DNA of 38,244 nucleotides from Candidatus Thorarchaeota archaeon (GTDB lineage Archaea; Asgardarchaeota; Thorarchaeia; Thorarchaeales; Thorarchaeaceae): NCBI GenBank assembly GCA_003345595.1, contig PRDI01000011.1, positions 1 to 38,244 of the forward strand, read 5' to 3'. Shown piece by piece: positions 35,454 to 38,244 of this stretch (position 1 is its first letter; each line of letters starts with the position of its first letter). The notes under the pieces were generated by a model. It saw only the letters and a program-made list of their open reading frames with translations, ran no database searches and was not told where the DNA came from. The position numbers and the translations under genes were made by a program.

Positions 35454-35700
35454 ATGCAATTGTCTGAACCGCGGATGGCAGTATTGGAAATAGGGTATGT
35501 GGGGCTCCCCTGTGGCTGCGAAGCTCGCAGAAGCCGGTCTTGATATGACAGGAATAGACACCGTACCCCAGGAGGTGGTTAGAATCAATGCAGGCCAGTT
35601 GACAATAGAGGGTCAAGAGCCAGGTCTATCCGAAATCGTGAAACAGGCCGTCCGTGACGCCAAGCTCAGAAACAGCACAAGAAATGATGTTGTACAAAGA
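35454..35700 (+). pseudogene. Frameshifted, truncated nucleotide-sugar 6-dehydrogenase (WecC/Ugd family)
   Basis: ATG 35454 reads MQLSEPRMAVLEIGYVGLP. After one extra base at the C-run 35507-35510, the +1 frame continues VAAKLAEAGLDMTGID...RINAG..IEGQEPGLSEIVKQAV..KLR. The first Gly of GxGxxG is Glu, and similarity ends after about 80 codons. Confidence 0.85.
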
Positions 35701-35706
35701 AGGGCC

Positions 35707-36402
35707 TTATCTACTGCGAGGTCGGCCAGGGATGCCACCTGCCGAGAAACCCTTGACCACCGTCCTGTGCTGAGCAAAGGCTTCGGCGTACGGACGGCCC
35801 ACATGTATTCCCTGATATGTCAGGAACGCCCTTATCGCATCCGTCTGGAAGTAGTCTCTCTTTGCGACTTGGGACTCATATAGGCGCAGCATTTCAATCT
35901 TCTTTTTCACATCGTCTTCCGTGAGGGGCACAAAGACATTCGGTACGAAGTCTGAACAGCTGCCTGGTATTGCATAAGAGAGAACAGTCGAGGAAGTCCT
36001 CATGAATGCACGTTGCGTTTCCTCTGCAAGCGTTCTGTGATCCTGGTGGGTATCACCCCACCATGACGTGATAACAAGATCGAACTCCCGATCTTTGCGG
36101 ATTCCATAGAGAGTTTCGAGGATTTCTTGACGGTGCTCAGGTAGCTCCCGTACCGGAAAACTGAGGATGGTAAGGTCATCAATACCAAGATGCTTCGCTG
36201 CCGCCAAGCACTCCTTTCGGAGGATGTCCTCCGGGTATTTGGTCGTGTCGACGCTCTTCCTGCAGTCGCTCAGTACTACCGATTTGACCCTCGCCCCACT
36301 CTGAACCAAGAGCCTGACTGTGCCGCCAGCACCCAGCTCCATGTCGTCCGTGTGCGGTGACAGAATCAGGACATCACTGACGTTCCATATCAACAATAAC
36401 AC
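35707..36402 (-). CDS. PIG-L/LmbE family N-acetylhexosamine deacetylase
   Basis: SPHTDDMELGAGG, R..E...A...LG, DTHQDH, Y.SQ, YAEAF. Confidence 0.93.
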   Translation of the reverse strand: MLLLIWNVSDVLILSPHTDDMELGAGGTVRLLVQSGARVKSVVLSDCRKSVDTTKYPEDILRKECLAAAKHLGIDDLTILSFPVRELPEHRQEILETLYGIRKDREFDLVITSWWGDTHQDHRTLAEETQRAFMRTSSTVLSYAIPGSCSDFVPNVFVPLTEDDVKKKIEMLRLYESQVAKRDYFQTDAIRAFLTYQGIHVGRPYAEAFAQHRTVVKGFSAGGIPGRPRSR

Positions 36403-36414
36403 CTCGACAAGCTG

Positions 36415-37986
36415 TTAGATGAGCCCAGCTTTCATTGCGAACTTCCTATATCCCTTCGCAAGCAGTTTGACAATATTGCGTCTCAGGTTGAACTTGATCC
36501 ACACTTCATCACTGGGTTTCTTGAAGAAGCTGCCAAACTGCTTGGCATACTCGTCTTCGGATGCAAACGAGGTCAACTTCCTGACTGCCTCAGGAGAGAA
36601 GGTTAGTTCCACGTCGGGGTTCTCGGAACGGATAGGATTGACTTGAATCGCGCCTTGGTCTAGGACCAGCACGTGGAACCGGTCACCCTCTATTTCGTAG
36701 TCTATCACTGCGTCCTTTTTCAGGCCTTCGAAGATCTTTGGATGCTTTCCAAGATACTCCATGAACTGCGACTTGAGCGGGCTCTCTCCGACTTTGGCCG
36801 CACCCTCTACCTTTGTCGCAAGCGGCAGAAGGAATGAAGGCAAATCAATGACTTGGATTTTGCTTCCAACAAGCTCGGCTCCATCCAGCAGACCTTTGTG
36901 ACAGAACGGACAAGCAGTTATCAGCACGCTTGCACCTGTTCGCTCGGCCTCACGTATCCGGTCCGCTGCGATTCTTTCGGACAACTCTTCAAAGCTGCCC
37001 TTCACTCCTCCACCCGAGCCGCAGCAATGAGCATACCTCTTGTTAGTTTCCATCTCGATGAGCTGGACATTGCCAACTGACTGGATGACTCTCCTCGGGG
37101 CTTCGTACACCTCAACATGTCGTCCAAGATGACAGGGATCATGATATGTGACTTTGACAGGCTTTGGAGACTTGAAGGCCAGCTTCCTGCCTTGCATCAG
37201 TCTATCGAGTAATTCAGTTATGTGCAGCACTTCAAAGTCATAGTTGAGGCCTCGTCCTGGAACATCAACTTTCCAGGCCCTGAAGCACCCGGCGCACGAC
37301 GTCACAACTGTCTTCGCACCTGTGGCCTGTATGGACTCTATGTTCTGCGTAGTGAGTGAATCGAAGGCTCGAACTCGCCCAAGTCTCAGAAGAACAGAAC
37401 CACAGCATTGTTCTTCGGGCAGGACCGTAAAGTCAACATTGGCCTTGTCGAGCAGTTCTGCAGTGGCACGCGCGATTTCTCCTTCTCTATATGCACTCGT
37501 GCATCCCACAAAGTACACGACATCAGCTTTGTCCGGCCATTGTCGGTCACCGAATACTTCCAGCCTCTTGTGCTGGGCTTCTTGGTACGGGTTGCCGAAG
37601 TTGACGATCGATTCCTCGATCACTTTGTGCTTTGGCATATCAAACCCATTCTGCACAAGGTCCCTACGCAGAGCCTCCATCATCTCTGGTAGCCTTATCC
37701 CGTCAGCCGTGGCCGTGCAGGTCTCTTGGCAGTTCTTGCACGTGGTGCATGTGAACGCCCAGTTTACCACGTTCTGGTCGGCCTGCAGCTGACTGCTCAG
37801 GAGATCGTTCATGACCATGATTCGACCTCGAGACGCATATGCCTCGAAGTTCAGCACGTTCTTGACAGCACACGGCATAAACACATCTCTGCTCGACGCC
37901 ACAGTCTTGTCAGCAAGAGAGCAGTCACCACATCTGGCGCACAACCAGAGGTCGTCCTTGAACTTGGAAAGATTCTCGAACTGCAT
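36415..37986 (-). CDS. HdrD/GlcF/GlpC-like Fe-S oxidoreductase (2x[4Fe-4S] plus two CCG domains) with extra C-terminal SCP2-like domain
   Basis: CARCGDC...PC and CTTCKNCQETC; FVGC..CCG..SCAGC; YHDPC..CCG..ACPFC. ATG 37986 lies 1 nt after the upstream stop. Confidence 0.9.
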   Translation of the reverse strand: MQFENLSKFKDDLWLCARCGDCSLADKTVASSRDVFMPCAVKNVLNFEAYASRGRIMVMNDLLSSQLQADQNVVNWAFTCTTCKNCQETCTATADGIRLPEMMEALRRDLVQNGFDMPKHKVIEESIVNFGNPYQEAQHKRLEVFGDRQWPDKADVVYFVGCTSAYREGEIARATAELLDKANVDFTVLPEEQCCGSVLLRLGRVRAFDSLTTQNIESIQATGAKTVVTSCAGCFRAWKVDVPGRGLNYDFEVLHITELLDRLMQGRKLAFKSPKPVKVTYHDPCHLGRHVEVYEAPRRVIQSVGNVQLIEMETNKRYAHCCGSGGGVKGSFEELSERIAADRIREAERTGASVLITACPFCHKGLLDGAELVGSKIQVIDLPSFLLPLATKVEGAAKVGESPLKSQFMEYLGKHPKIFEGLKKDAVIDYEIEGDRFHVLVLDQGAIQVNPIRSENPDVELTFSPEAVRKLTSFASEDEYAKQFGSFFKKPSDEVWIKFNLRRNIVKLLAKGYRKFAMKAGLI

Positions 37987-37987
37987 C

Positions 37988-38244
37988 TCAACCCACCCCC
38001 GTGAACACTCCCGGACACAGTATGTTGTCTGGGTCCAGTGCTTTCTTGATGGCTTGGTACGTGTCGATGAATACGGGGTTCGTCTGCTTGAGTGCACGGT
38101 TCTCCCAGAGCAGACCGTTCCAATACGGACAACCGCCTGTATCGATTATGGCATCAAGCAGTTCATTCCAGACTTTGAGTCCTAGGTCCATCTTGGATTT
38201 GTCAGGCACGAATATTGTTACCCATCCAGTTGCGTATGCTCTGT
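37988..38244 (-). CDS. C-terminal part of an FAD-linked oxidase (VAO/GlcD family), truncated by the window edge
   Basis: The frame is open to the edge and ends IKKALDPDNILCPG, matching the family terminus K..(L/F)DP.NILNPG. It is adjacent to the CCG protein. Confidence 0.8.
   Translation of the reverse strand, partial: RAYATGWVTIFVPDKSKMDLGLKVWNELLDAIIDTGGCPYWNGLLWENRALKQTNPVFIDTYQAIKKALDPDNILCPGVFTGVG

Noticed and set aside
35497-35883. 128-aa ORF as an intact gene
   Set aside because: It is the post-frameshift part of the dehydrogenase remnant running on antisense into the PIG-L gene.
28133-36402. GPI-anchor pathway (GT4, PIG-L, DPM1, GT-C)
   Set aside because: The family set is suggestive, but each family is widespread in prokaryotic glycan loci and nothing visible ties these members to the PIG-A, PIG-L or PIG-M clades. 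Phylogeny would be needed.
2618-38185. Numerous 60-180 aa ORFs antisense or out of frame within called genes
   Set aside because: They are shadow ORFs with Ser/Arg/Pro-rich composition and no motifs, fully explained by the coding strand.
37988-38244. Alkyl-DHAP synthase using fatty alcohols from LuxCE/ADH to make ether lipids
   Set aside because: The visible C-terminus lacks the HHG motif, only about 85 residues are in view, and the gene is about 17 kb from the operon.
1-38244. Mobile elements, integrases, defence systems, rRNA/tRNA
   Set aside because: No transposase, integrase, Cas or structural RNA signature was recognised. No flanking direct repeats were seen around the acylation operon by eye.

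Overview
This is a gene-dense archaeal window. The archaeal markers are Rpo5/RpoH, NreA with a PIP box, a COG3357-type HTH-Zn-ribbon protein and TATA-like promoters. The two-domain, RPB5-like Rpo5 suggests an Asgard lineage such as Thorarchaeia, but that assignment is inference. It has three parts. (1) 1-12.5 kb holds housekeeping and regulatory genes: an OB-fold protein, regulators, nreA, a pilus-platform protein, an EamA transporter, eukaryote-like rpo5, a polyprenol kinase, an HD-CinA fusion and tatD. (2) 12.8-21.3 kb is a tightly coupled 9-gene operon: MaoC dehydratase, acyl carrier protein, adenylate-forming ligase, Fe-alcohol dehydrogenase, LuxE, LuxC, LpxD-family N-acyltransferase, GalT-like nucleotidyltransferase and phosphopantetheinyl transferase, followed by a convergent alpha/beta hydrolase. 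(3) 22.4-36.4 kb is a surface-glycan locus: methyltransferase, GT2s, Wzx-type flippase, Asn-synthase-like amide ligase, DPM1-like GT with a UPF0104 flippase-like protein, WecB, GT4, GT-C, a frameshifted nucleotide-sugar dehydrogenase remnant and a PIG-L deacetylase. The window ends in an FAD-oxidase/CCG Fe-S pair. The best candidate for an undescribed system is part 2. It looks like a self-contained, ACP-dependent line that builds and reduces a (hydroxy)acyl group and transfers it to a nucleotide amino-sugar, in a domain generally considered to lack ACP-based acyl chemistry. Its gene set and order mirror the Vibrio cholerae O1 rfbK-O (wbeK-O) tetronate module. No rRNA, tRNA, CRISPR array or mobile element was recognised. 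All family calls come from reading motifs by eye; no searches were run.
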